A stretch of DNA of 64,000 nucleotides from Takakia lepidozioides (taxonomy: Eukaryota; Plantae; Bryophyta). The DNA lies in the NCBI GenBank assembly GCA_030704615.1, contig CM060733.1, positions 12,152,001 through 12,216,000 of the forward strand, given 5' to 3'. Made by a program: the position numbers and the translations under genes. Of the stretch, positions 12,370-24,480 are shown one piece after another. Each line of letters starts with the position of its first letter. The first letter of the stretch is position 1. The notes under the pieces were generated by a model, which had not been told where the DNA came from, made no database searches, and saw nothing but the letters and a program-made list of their open reading frames with translations.

Positions 12370-13500
12370 TGCCTCACCCAACACAGCGGGCACGGTTAGT
12401 GCGGCATGCCCATGAGGAGTTGGGGCATTTTGGGGTGCGACGCACTCATAGTCTACTGCAGGGGCAGTATTGGTGGCGTGGTATGCACACAGAGGTGCAA
12501 CAATTTGTGGCTAGGTGCATGGTGTTTGACAGGGTGCGTGCTTCATTCAACGCCCCTACTCCACAATTGCACCCTCTTCTGATCATGGGATTGGGCTACA
12601 GGTGGAGTCTTGACTTCGCAGGGCCGTTGCCACTGACCATGCGCCACAACAAGTACGTGTTGGTGATGGTGGAGCACTTCTCCAAGTGGATTGAATTGGT
12701 TCCATTGCCTGATAAGGCTGGTGAGGGAGCTGCGTATGCATTCTTGGATTGTGTGCTTAGCCGATTCGGTGCTCCAGCTGAGGTACTCACGGACCAAGGG
12801 AGAGCGTTCTTGGGGGAGTTTTAGGCTTTGTGTGACAAGGCATTGATAGACCACCGCACCACTTCTCGGGATCATCCTGAGGCCGATGGCTTGACAGAGA
12901 GAGTTGTTCAGACAGTAAAGAGGGGTTTGCGCAAGTATGGCTTGCAGAAGGGACACCTAGGAGATTGGGACCTTCAGTTACCCTGGTTAGCCATGGGCTA
13001 CAGGTTCAGCAAGCAAGCATCACTTGCCTCCTTCTCACCATACTTTCTTCTCTTTGGCCGAGAGCCGGATTTGCCTACATCCATTCGCAGAGAAGCTGCT
13101 ACAGTTCTTAACCTTGACGATCTGGACGTGTGGGCACGTGCATGTGAGCAGCGTGCAGAGTTGTTCAAGAAAGTCATGCCTATGGCTTTCGAGAACCTTG
13201 CCATTGCACAACATCGTGATACGTTGAGGTATGTTACCATACGTGGTGGGGGCTATCGTCCTGGGGTTCGGAGATTCAACCCTGGTGACTATGTTTATCT
13301 GCAGCAGACTGCTCCTACGACCTTGGATGTGACTGCAGGACGTACTATTTTGAGGGTTCGAGAGGTGTTGCCCTCAGAAGTCCTGATCTTGGAGGGTCGG
13401 GATGGCATGATTTGGAAGGACCATGTGCGTAATTGCGCGCCATGTCACCTTCCAAATGTTGATGGAAGGGTTGACCCAAACCTGGCAGTGGTACCTGCAA
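12370..13500 (+). pseudogene. Integrase (HHCC zinc region, DDE core, C-terminal extension)
   Basis: HEELGHFG..YWW..RCMVF; WSLDFAGPL; LTDQG; HPEADGLTERVVQTVK; SPYFLLFGREP; stop TAG 12822. Confidence 0.93.
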
Positions 13501-13508
13501 GTTTGAGG

Positions 13509-13652
13509 TGCATGTTGTGTGGGTCTGCTAGAGGGGCAGCCACCATGCTGGTGTGTGATCAATGCTCTAGAGGTTGGCATATGGGATGCTTGACTCCACC
13601 TCTTGAGATGGTTCCTGATGGGGATTGGTTATGTCCGCATTGCATTGGATAG
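13509..13652 (+). pseudogene. PHD finger (C4HC3) at integrase C-terminus
   Basis: CMLCGSARGAATMLVCDQCSRGWHMGCLTPPLEMVPDGDWLCPHC followed by stop 13650-13652. Confidence 0.93.
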
Positions 13653-13898
13653 TGGGAGTGGATACAACCATGGAAGGCTAACAAGAAATGCAAGGCCAAG
13701 CTACTAGGAGACCAACACACGAGATCCTGACTCAAGTTCACAGATTGCAAGACGACAACTAACGATGGGGTTGCTCTTGTACCCGGCCTCTTGGTCTATA
13801 GAGTTTGAGTACAATAGGGACAGTGATAGAGGACTTAGTACGGCTGTGGCTATTACATCTTGTAGCTATCTGGAGTTAGAGGGACCTAACCACCAGCT

Positions 13899-13994
13899 AG
13901 GGGGGCGATTGTGGTATAGCTTTCTAGGATTGTGTGCTTAGATTGTGTGGTGGACAGCGATGTATGTTGTGGCACGATGCTTAGGTGCACGACA
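13899..13994 (+). promoter_or_regulatory. Polypurine tract and start of 3' LTR (TG at 13910)
   Basis: AGGGGGGCGA-T-TGTGG; same junction in the second copy at 62624-62639. Confidence 0.7.
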
Positions 13995-14689
13995 TGGCTA
14001 TGATGTGGCTATGACGTGTAGTAAAATGGTTTAACTGAATTATAAGGTGGATGCATGACGTGTAGTGAGTGGCTCAAGGGCAGAGTGACGTGGATACATG
14101 ACGTGTAGTAAAGTGGTTTAACTGAAGTGGAACATATTGACTACGTTCTATGATGTTTAGTATACAGTTTGACTGTAAATCAGTGACAGTGAGTTTGCTT
14201 GACTTTGTATAGTATAATATTCTAATGTGAAGCAGTAAAAGAGGACACATTTTAGTAAATATGTTTCACGGGGGTATATATACATATAAATATAAAAATA
14301 CATGTATATTGTATATTTATATATACAATATATATATATGAATTGGGAGGTTTTTATTTAATATTTGGTTTTTTTTGTTTATTACTGTTATTTCGTTTTT
14401 TTCATTTACTTTTAGTTTATATCTGTACGTATGTGAATTAGTGGATATTGTATTTAATTTTTTTGATTCGTTGCACTGCATTGAAAATATATTACAAATA
14501 CAACAAAACATAGAATACAAATACAGGTCGGAACCAAAAACATTTGGATGGCTCAAAACTGGTTTATATCAAGAGTGTTTTGCTAAACAAGTTTTGGCCA
14601 TATTCTACAAATGACCAACATGAGGGCCATGTTGCCATATCCATAGATCACTGCCCAACTGAAGTCATTGAGTAATGATAATCTGCTGT

Positions 14690-17600
14690 GCAGCTAGGTC
14701 CAGCACTATCGTGGATGACACCACATCTCGTTCAGCCATAGTGTTGAAAACTCCCTTCGCATCCTTAATGCACCCACATTTGGCATACATGTCCACTAGG
14801 GCAGTGTTCAGAATGACATCTCGTACAAATCCAACTTTGACGATGTCACCATGGACCTCTTTCCCCTTTTCCAGAGCTCCTAGCCTTGCACATGCATGGC
14901 AAACACAAACAAATGTGATGTGGTTGGGTTTCACCCTTCGCGCAGCAGTTGCTCATAGGTTTCCAAAGCACTCCTACCACACCCATCCTTGGTAAATCCT
15001 GCCAACATTATATTCCACGTGATCAAGATCGTTGAGGCACTCTGTGGAAAACCTGGTGAGCATCCATGATGCTCCCACACTTAACATACATGTTGACAAG
15101 GGTGTTGAGTAGAAAAATATTTGGCGTTAATCCACTTTGGATAATGTGAGTGTGCACCTGTTTCAGCTTCCAGACCTTTTCATCTTCATGCACTTAAGCA
15201 AGAGACAGACAGACGTATCTGAATCTGCTGAAATGCCTTGTTGGTTTAAAGTTGTAGAGCCTCTGTCAATCTGCCTGCCTCACAAAGCATCTTCACATGC
15301 CCAGTAGAAGAAGCATTGTGGACTCCCTCTCTTGATCCTCTTTCAGAAGCTGTGGTCATGGTTGAGGTGCTTGATTTTATCAACTGTGCCGCTGCAGCTA
15401 CTACCTTTACTTGACCATCTACCCATGCAGCAGGTTTCTTGTAGCTATTGATCCACATGGAATCATAGGTAATCTGGAGCTTGAAATCCAGCCCTCTTGG
15501 ATGAATCTGGACCCACACTCTATCCCTGCCCCTTCAACTATCCATACCTCTGCACAAATCATGCATACATCCTTGCCTTGCTGCTCGCAGCTGACAATGA
15601 CAACCTATAATTGTTCCAGCAAACACCCCAACCCTACTTATCACACTAGTTCAAAGTCACTCCAAACCACCACAGATCCACCCAATGAGCTAACTTACAG
15701 AATTCAATATGCATCTCAGGGCCAAGTCTGATGAGGGGGCAAAACAGGCTGCAACAGGTCAAAGAAGAAGGTGCCCTCACCACATTGTCCTTGACCCATG
15801 GAGGATTTGACCGAGCATCAACCCAAAATGACCTCTTGTGTGTGATGTTTGTGTCTGTAGTCAGGAAATGTTGGATTGGTCTGTGAGAACCACCACGGTG
15901 CAGCTGAGCAGGCAGAGATTGAAACACGGCCTACTAAGACCAAGCTGACTCTCCCAAGAACCTTGTAAACATCAGGAAGAACACCAAATCATGGTACTAA
16001 CAGGAGCCAAGAGCCCACCTTTGCAGGATGGACAAACTTCTTCACATCGTACATTAAGAAAAGCCACACCTTGTGATTGCGGTTGTCCCACCATCGTGAA
16101 GAATCTTTATAAAACTCACGCCAGCTCACATCATGAACGAGCTAACTTGCAGAATTCTACATGAAATTTAGGGACGACTCTGATAACATGGCAAAACAGG
16201 GTGAAATGTATTGAAGAAGGTGTCTTCATTAGCAGCGAATTGTTCTATCAATAGGGCTGCTGCCGCTTCTATTTCCAGGATGACATCCGGTACAATTCCA
16301 GCTTTGACAATGTCACTATGGACCTCTTCCCTCTTTTCCAGAGCTCCCAGGCTTGCACACGCATTGCAAACACAAACAAACGCGATGTGGTTGGGCTTCA
16401 CCCCTTCACGCAACATTTGCTCATAGGTCTCCTAAGCATTCCTACCACACCTACGCTTGGTAAATCCTGCCAACATAATATTCCACGTGGTGTTGAGTAG
16501 AAAAACACTTGGTGTGAATCCACTTTGGATAATGTGAGTGTGCACCTGTTTTCCAGCTTCCAGACCATCCATCTTGATGCACTTAAGCAACAAACAGACA
16601 TATCTGAATCTGCTGAAATGCCTCCTTGGTTTAGAGCCTCTGTCAGTTTGCCTGCCGCACAAAGTATCTTCACATGCCCAGAAGTGCTAGAAGAGGCATT
16701 GTGGACTCCCTCTCTTGATCCTCTAATTTCAACGGTTGTGGTTATGGTTGAGGTGCCTGATTTTATCAACTGTACTGCCACTGCAGCTGCTGCCTTTAGT
16801 TGACCATCTACACATGCAGGTTTATTGTAGCTACTGATCCACCTGAAATCAAGGTAATCTGGAGCTTGAAGTCCAGCCCTCTTGGATGAATCTGGACCAC
16901 ACTTTATCCCCGCTCCTTCATCTATCCATGCCTCTGCACAAATGATGCATACATCCTTGCCTTGTAGCTGATAATGACAGCCTAGATTTGTTCTAGGAAA
17001 CACCCAACTCAGCTTATTACACTAGTTCCTATACTGAATTGCGTCTGCTACTCTCCTGTAATCTAACAAGCATTATCATTTTTGCCTGGTGTCCCACCAT
17101 TGACTGGGGTCAGAAAAGTATTCATTCCACAGCTTCTTCTCATCTCTGTTATGTATTTTTGGATACTTTCCTGTTGTCACAGTGGCAGTATCATGTCAAA
17201 GTCACTCCAAACTACATTCACTCAACCAGCTAAATGTTTTGAAAATGAAGCGACCGCCTATGCTGGCGGTCGCTTATTTTTTTTATTTTTATTTTTAATG
17301 AAGTGACCGCCTATGTTGGCGGTCGCTTATTTATTTTAAATGTTTTGAAAATGAAGTGACCGCAGAATTCAACATGGAAATTCAGGGCTGATTCTGATAA
17401 GAGGGAAAAACAGGGTGAATGTGAAGAAGGTGCCTTGATTACCAGTGCCTAATTTTATCAGTTGTGCCGCTGCTGCTGCGGCATGACAGTTGACCGTCTA
17501 CCCATGCAGGTTTCTTGTAGCTATTGATCTACAGGAAATCATAAGTAATCTTGTGCTTGAAATCTGGCCCTTTTGGATGAATCTAGACCTAGTCTCTATC

Positions 17601-18520
17601 CCTGCTCCTTCAGCTATCTCTGCCTCTGCACAAATCATGCACACATCAGGGGAGCTAATGACAGGGGAGGAGGGCATGGCAATTCGAACCAGGGTAGGGA
17701 AGCTCAAATATTGTGCTCATGAGGATATGGCAGAGGGTGGATCCTCAACTAAAAATTTGCTGGCCTTTGTGGAGGATCTCAACTCTCAGATTGTGCAGAC
17801 CAAGACTTTGCAGGAAGAATGATTGATTGTTGACACTGTCTCTTGCATGCCCTAAGATCTGAAAATCAAGTTGAAAAAGAAACCACGTGACTCTGTTCAA
17901 CCCATCTGCTGAAGGCCTTAAGAGACATTTAGGGCCAGTTCTGATAAGAGGAAAAAACAGGGTGAAATGTGTTGAAGAAGGTGCCTTGAGTAGCAGTACC
18001 TGAATTTTATCAATTGTGCCGCCGCTGCTGCTGTTGCGGCTTCCAGTTGACCATCTACGCATGCAGGTTTCTTGTAGGTATCATTCCACAAGGATTCATA
18101 GGTAATCTGGAGCTTGAAATCCGGCCCTCTTGGATGAAACTGGACCCACACTCTATCCCTGCTCCTTCGGCTATCCATACCTCTGCACAAATCATGCATA
18201 GTACCTCCTAGCAGCTGACAATGATAGCATAGATTTGTTCCAGCAAACACCCTAACCCTACTTCTCCCACTAGTTCCTATGCTGACTTGCGCTTCCAACA
18301 GGCATTCACCTTTTTGCACCAACGTCGAGCTAACTTGCAGAATTCAACCTGAAAATTTAGGGATGACTCTGAATCCTGATAACAGGGAAAACAGGCTGAA
18401 ATGTGTTGAAGAAGGTGCTCATATGTCTGCAAAGCCTCCATCCCGCGCCAGCTGTGCATATCCTGCAATCATCGCACTCCACGACACCACATCTCGTTCA
18501 GCCATACTGTTCAACACTCC
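14690..18520 (-). pseudogene. Mosaic of inverted PPR-locus fragments (5' module x4 plus PLS motifs) with short unrelated fillers
   Basis: Minus-strand ORFs KPNHITFVCVCHACARLGALEKGKEVHGDIVKVG, YVCLLLKCIKMDGLEAGKQVHTHIIQSG and AERDVVSWSAMIAGYAQ closely match 1-2100. Confidence 0.88.
17232..17363. repeat. Short tandem repeat containing hairpin AAGCGACCGCC-N6-GGCGGTCGCTT
   Basis: About 2.5 copies of a ~50-bp AT-flanked palindromic unit. Confidence 0.75.
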
Positions 18521-18879
18521 TTGCTGTCTCCGCTCTAAAGCTCCCATATAGCACACGTTGTGACAATGGCCGACACAACAAGAGCAAACATACAGGTCGA
18601 TCCCACAAACAGTACACTCACTGCGGGGCACTTCTCTCTCTCTATTCTCTCCTCCCCCCGCCCACCTGCTCTCTCATGTGCACACGGCAAGATACTAGTA
18701 TTTTAGAAACCGCTTATCCTGGTTCGTGAACCTTAAGAAAACACAGATGGTGGCACAAAGACAAACAAACGCTAAGTCCCTAAGCGCTCTTGAACCACGC
18801 CGACCCAAAAAACACAGAGTCCCAGCCAGGCTACACACTGCGACCTAGCAACCCTAAACTTGAACCAAGTGCATTATCA

Positions 18880-19140
18880 TCCGTTCATACATTCATACAA
18901 TAGTTGCCAGCAAGGCGTTTTCTTTATCGTTCGTTCATACGTTCATCCAGTGCACAAAAATTATATTTTATACGTTCATCCAATAGCTGCCAGCAAGGCG
19001 TTTGTTTATCACTCGTTCAGGTAATTCAGTTGTTTTCTTACATTAACCTTTCATACGTTCATCCAATAGCTGCCAGCAAGGCGTTTGTTTATCATTCGTT
19101 CATATAATTAAGTTGTTTTGTTTCACTAACCTTAACCAGC
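18880..19140. repeat. Subterminal tandem repeats of the large CACTA right arm
   Basis: TTCATACGTTCATCCAATAGCTGCCAGCAAGGCGTTTGTTTATC-like unit x3. Confidence 0.7.
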
Positions 19141-19455
19141 ACACGATTAGTTTACTATTAATGTGCTGGGTCAGTGAAAAAATAATAATTATTTTTACTT
19201 CTTATTATCCACATATATATTGCTATATAATTTATATATTGTGATTACAGGTGCCATTGTTTAACTGGTTGTCTCAGTCAGCTCATTTTAGGTAGTCAAA
19301 GTCTCTCACCACAGTCAAAATTTTCGCGGTTGTCTAGCACCTCGAATATTTTAATATAAATTTTGACTGCAAAATGGTTGGAACAATCGAAAGTGACAAC
19401 ACTCAACGCCAGCGTCAAACTAAATCGTCGAAATTACATAGGGTGTGTTGTAGTG

Positions 19456-19805
19456 GAGGGGTTAGAAAGGAGCCAGATGACAAGTTGCATCCTAGAATTA
19501 AGGAGATCCATGCTGAGCTGAGAAGATTATCTGAGCAGATGAAGGAGGCGGGGTATGTGTCTGACACACGTTTTTTATTGCATGATGTGGAGGACAGAAA
19601 TTTTCTCTTTGCCACCAGAGTGAGAAGCTGGCCATTGGTTTTGGGCTGATCAGCACGACTAATCAAGAATCTTTGAGTGTGTGGAGACTGCCACACCTCC
19701 ACCAAATTCATGTCAAAGAATGTTGCCCGAGCAATTGTTGGATGGGACGCTAACTACTTCCACCACTTTGAAGATGTGATTTGTTCTTGTGGTGATTAGT
19801 GGTGA
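19456..19805 (+). pseudogene. E+/DYW deaminase domain of the split PPR gene
   Basis: GVRKEP..DKLHPRIKEIHAELRRLSEQMKEAGYVSDTRFLLHDVE; QSEKLAIGFGLIST (HxE His altered); VCGDCH; FHHFEDVICSCGD*W*. Confidence 0.93.
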
Positions 19806-20611
19806 AATGATGTTTTCTTGGAAAGATGCTAGTGTCTTGCTTCATTCATTGATCTTTGTAGCTACTCAGACCATCCACCATTTCCTGAGAGTACTGACCA
19901 TCATGTACTGTTGAGTGCAAGATGCAAGTGTTTTGCTTCATTCATTGATTTGTGTAGCTACTCAGACCATCCACCATTTCCTGATAGTGGGGTCTACCCG
20001 GCATAGGTGGGAAGTCAGCTCACAATTGCACTTGACTGCAGGGGTGATTTTTGATTGATTCTGGTGATAGTGGATGGAAATCAGAGTGCTTTCCTAATTC
20101 TGGGTTTGGGTGGTGGAGCTTCTCCAAAGCTTGAAGATGGAAGTGAATACGAATTTTAATGAGCTTGATGAGAGGGGCAGCCCTGTGCACAAGTTTGTTC
20201 AGCATCTTAAATTTGGACATGTTTGTTTGTTTCTCGTGGTGTGGCTTTGGATGGAGCCTTGACGAACTTGCATGAATATTGTCAAAAGCTATCCTTAAAA
20301 CACCAAGATCCAATCCCATGGTGGATGCGTGAAAGTTCATATAGTGAATGTAAGGGTATTTGGGTATTTTGTTATTGATTGATGCGGCTTGTGAAAATTG
20401 AACATTGAAATGCAGATCCGCCATTTTTCTTCCAGAAAAAAACAAAACACGGGATCCCTACACCGTGGGGATGACCCACCCCTTTTTTGTGAATTTTTTT
20501 ACGTAGTTCTCATAATTCGTCGCTAGTAGTGCGGAGCAACGCGAAGCCCTAGTGGTTATTTCTCCTATCAAGAGTTGGTTCTATAACGATTTTTTCAAAT
20601 CAAAATCTGAC

Positions 20612-20848
20612 CAACAGTAGCTCAGTTCTCAGTTGGATAGTGCACTGAGTGCCACCTAGATGATTCTGGGGTCAAATGTTGCTACTTGATGGGTGTGGTA
20701 TGTTTTTCTCCCCCTGCCTTTGGGCGGCGTCCCATGCGAAAGCCTTCACGGCGAGGTTACTCTGAAAGAGGTTATTTTTTCCTCTCACTATAATTAAAGG
20801 GCCTGATTTGTGAGCTGTCGCTCCAGGTATTTCCTGTAAAAAAAAATT
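20612..20848 (+). mobile_element. tRNA-derived SINE-like element
   Basis: A-box-like TAGCTCAGTT, B-box-like GGGTCAAAT, A-rich tail; body repeated at ~41360-41550. Confidence 0.6.
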
Positions 20849-21298
20849 AGAAGTCTGAACAACTTGTAAAATGTTTAAACATAGAGACTAAATAGATGTA
20901 CATACGTACATACTACATACATCTAATATCTACCATAGAGTTGGTTGATGTACATTTATAATAAATTAAAATACCTATATTTTAATTGTCCAAAATATAG
21001 ATACTAAGAGACAAAAATCCAACATTAAGAAATTTGACATTTCATTAGCTATTACTAATCAGATTTATAACATACATATATATCGTCGTTGAGAAAAAGG
21101 GCTACGGGATCAACCAGTTACATCCACCAACTGGTGTCACAAAAGTGTCTACCCTTCTCTTGGGGTCAAGAGACACCATAATTTACACTTCCTTTGGGAG
21201 ACATCATATTTTTATTTTTTCCACTGATGTGACTACTTATTTTATTTAATTTGATTAAAAGGGCTGAGTCGGTCCCGTTTCTTTTTACAATATATATA

Positions 21299-21497
21299 CC
21301 ATAGTACCTTGGCAATTTCGACACAAATTATAGCATTTCAAAGATTGTTGAAAATTTTAGAAATTAATTTTGTGAAATTAAATAACTTCGTGGATGATAA
21401 TAACGCATCTTTGGGAATATTCTATATGTTGAAATGAAATTCTCAAAATAAAATAAATATTCGATAGATAATTGTTGAACTTGCCAAGGTACTATGG
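21299..21497. mobile_element. MITE (Tc1/mariner-type, TA target)
   Basis: TIRs CCATAGTACCTTGGCAA / TTGCCAAGGTACTATGG inserted in a (TA)n run. Confidence 0.85.
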
Positions 21498-22071
21498 TAT
21501 ATATATATTATTTTAATTGCTTATCTTTATTCTAAAGAGGAGATACACTAGCTCCTGTTGGCGTTATATATATACACATATATATATATATATAAAAAGA
21601 GGAGACTAAGCATCAGTGTCTAAAACGGCTAAACCGCTACCCCTGTTGTGCCTTCCCAGGTGTCACCTCCTCTCCTTTCCCTTGAAATACTTCCATAATG
21701 TGCCTTCTCCAGGTAACACCTCCCTCAAGTAACATCTCTATTATTGAATAACTTACATGAATGAATTTTTAGGTTTATTATGGATTAGAGTATATTCCAT
21801 TATTCACAAAGAGGAGCCATCGCAACTTGCCGCTTGTTTACGTTACCTATACTCTGTATTGGAGGTATTATGTAGTGGAGGTACATGAGAGTCTTGAGAG
21901 TAAAAAGGGTTAAAGTTGAGTACATGTGTGTATATATGTCGGTGATGTGGAATCGGAGCAAGACGAGAAGAAACAAGAGGGAGGAAGAGATGTGGGAAGC
22001 AGCAAGTGTCGCTGCCGTCTGAACACACACAAGAGGATTGCTGCGCACGGCCAGCAGGCCAGCTCTAAAGC

Positions 22072-24480
22072 ATGGCTTGGCAACCCATCCAGCCCCAGGT
22101 TTGTACTTCCAGGCCCAGGTCATTTCTGCATCTAAGGCAGGTCCAGGGTTGCGTCTAGGGTTGGTGCTTTGGTGCTTACGGCCTTTGGCACCTTAACCAA
22201 GGGTTGGTGGTATGATTGCAGGGATCTGCTGGAGGAGGGTATAACGAGTTTGGAGTGCAGCCAGGTATGCAGAGGCCACCAGTAGGAGGCCCTCCAAACC
22301 CGTTGAATGACGTGCTCTATGGCGCTGTGGGTGATTATGGGCAGAGGTTCTTTGGCACCAGTAGGCAATATGTTCAAAGCAATGTATGCTTGCTCCTCCC
22401 TCTCCTTCCTTGGCCTTGATTCCAGTTTATTTATAGAAAATCAGTTGCACAGTTGAGCTATGGTTTGTACAGCTAGACACTCTTCAGAATGTAAGCTGCG
22501 TTTGCAGTTTTCCGTTCGAGATTTAATTTGTTCATTTAAATTTCAGCATTAGACATCCTGTTAGGTATGGATGCATGAGAGGAGGGTATACAAATGTAGT
22601 TATATCCTTAATCAAAACATTGAGTAGTTGTGTTTTGAGGTATCAATTTGGGTGTCTGAGCATTCCAATTATCAATGTTTCTATTGTCTAACCTATTTTC
22701 TGAGGTTCTTAATGTCATCCAAGGAATTGAGTTGCTTATGGAAAGTGGGTAACAGGTGAGCAAGTATTTCGCAACTCATGATGTTCAGTACTACTTCCAA
22801 GTGAATGACCAATATGTGAAGAACAAGCTGAAAGTGGTGCTCTTCCCATTCCTTCATAAGGTCCAGCCTCCGTGCTCTGAACCTCCTCATCTCTGCATTG
22901 CGCAAGAAAGTTAGTTGATATCAATAAATCTATTGCATGGATGTCATGTATGGTTTGGACACTGAAATTGACAACTTGAAGCCGGGATAAGATGGCCGCT
23001 TTGATTTACTTTACTTTTCTAGTACGTCAGCGTCTGGTGGTGATGACCTGCCCACTAGCCGATATAATTCTCCCCCAAACCACCTTCAGAGTCTACGGTG
23101 AGTCCATCTACCAATGCGACTGACTTTGGACCCATGTAGATAGATGTACCCCATTACGAGCTATCCTCCGATGTGAGTCGTCCGTGCAAGTTCAGTATGG
23201 AGGGATGCAAGTTTCATCAATTGGGTAGGCACTAGATTGTCGTAGGAACCCTGGAGATCATCGTGGTATCCATCTGGACCCAGGGCCCAACATATGGCTC
23301 ATGTGAATTTTATGTGTGATCTGTAACTTGGCTGGGACAGCATCCACAAGGCAAGTTGCATGAAACCTATCCAACTGAACTGGTGAGCCAAGAGCTTTAT
23401 TTCCATCTCCCCTGGTTCGCTATTTCTCCCTTTACTGCATAATCTCTCCATCTGGCTGCTGAGTCCTCAGAACTATGGTGCTTCTAGGCTCACAAGAACT
23501 TGCAACCGGGGTGGTAAGTAGCAGGCCAAGGGTTTAATCCACATGGTCCAAGGAATGCAATGTTGTTGTCTTATGTGTGCTAGTGGTTACTGGCATAAAT
23601 GTTGCATTGGTGAAGTACAATTAAACAGGCAGCCATCTTCTCCCAGTTCTCACCTGATTTTATCTGCATATACAACTGTTGGGTATTGAAGTGATAGTTG
23701 GGTGGGAGAGGTCCTCAGGGCCATTGGACGCGGATAGCAGAGCAGGTGGCGGGGGGCCTGAGATACAAGCCACCGCGCCATGATATCAATGCGCCCGACC
23801 TCTACGTCCCTCTCATGGCTTTTGCTACCTATGTTGTCCTCTGTGGTCTTGCCCTGGGTATTACTGGCAAGTAAGTCCTTTTCTTACCTGTTTTTCTTTT
23901 GGAAGGATTATGTTTCTAGTAGGGTATTGTAGGCAACTCCACTGTAACCCTTGTGAAGTATTCAGTGGCCCATTCGAACAGCCAAAGAGTAACGTTAGAA
24001 ATTTTGTCGGTAAAAATGGGAAACAATTAGCGGTGTTGGCATCGTGCATCATGCAAGCTTAATGAAAAGTATTGTGGTGATATGGAATGGCACTGTGACA
24101 GATTCACTCCCGATGTGATGAGCGGACAGTTCACAAAAGCGTTGATTGGGTGGACGGCGGAGACTGTGCTGCTGAAATCCATGCTGTTTGCTTTGCACAG
24201 TGGAGATGCACCGACCTTGGATGTGGTAGCCTATGGGGGTTATGCATTTATCGGAGTGTGTGTCTCACTAATGGCCCGCATGCTATCGGATTATGCCTAC
24301 TACGTTGTTTGGCCATGCACCGCCGTGTGTATGGGTACGTTTCTGGTGAAGACCATGAAGAGATTATTGTTTGCCGAGGCAAGGAGTTATGATAGAGATT
24401 CCACCAGGCATCACTACGTTCTCCTTCTCATGGCAGTGGTTCAGTTTCCTCTGTTCTACTGGCTGGTACGTGTTAGGTAG
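22072..24480 (+). CDS. YIF1: YIF1 family ER-Golgi membrane trafficking protein, ~5 exons (22072-22098, 22222-22383, 22757-22860, 23719-23871, 24102-24480)
   Basis: [25 protein letters not shown]; [21 protein letters not shown]; [13 protein letters not shown]; GT-AG introns; first exon tentative. Confidence 0.9.

Larger units (their letters stand above)
5550..13994 (+). mobile_element. Ty3/Gypsy LTR retrotransposon (decayed) encoding a C5 DNA methyltransferase and an integrase-fused PHD finger; 5' boundary uncertain
   Basis: PBS, Gag, PR, MTase, RT, RNaseH, IN, PHD, PPT and TG LTR start in collinear Gypsy order (PR-RT-RH-IN). Confidence 0.93.
3235..19455. mobile_element. Large (16.2 kb) CACTA-bounded element carrying nested retrotransposons and PPR gene fragments
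   Basis: Left end CACTACAATACA at 3235; right end TGTGTTGTAGTG at 19444-19455 (11/12 TIR match); TSD GAG at 3232-3234 and 19456-19458; removal restores the PPR reading MMKVRGVRKEP; no transposase seen. Confidence 0.88.

Noticed and set aside
7225-13750. Antisense ORFs over the retroelement
   Set aside because: Shadows of GC-rich coding sequence with no motifs
20520-20555. Helitron 3' end (GC-rich patch then CTAGT)
   Set aside because: Hairpin is weak and no 5' end or second copy was identified
20612-20690. tRNA genes (also at ~32372, ~37888 and ~2620-2685)
   Set aside because: A/B boxes only, without acceptor or anticodon stems; better explained as SINE heads or TE-borne fragments
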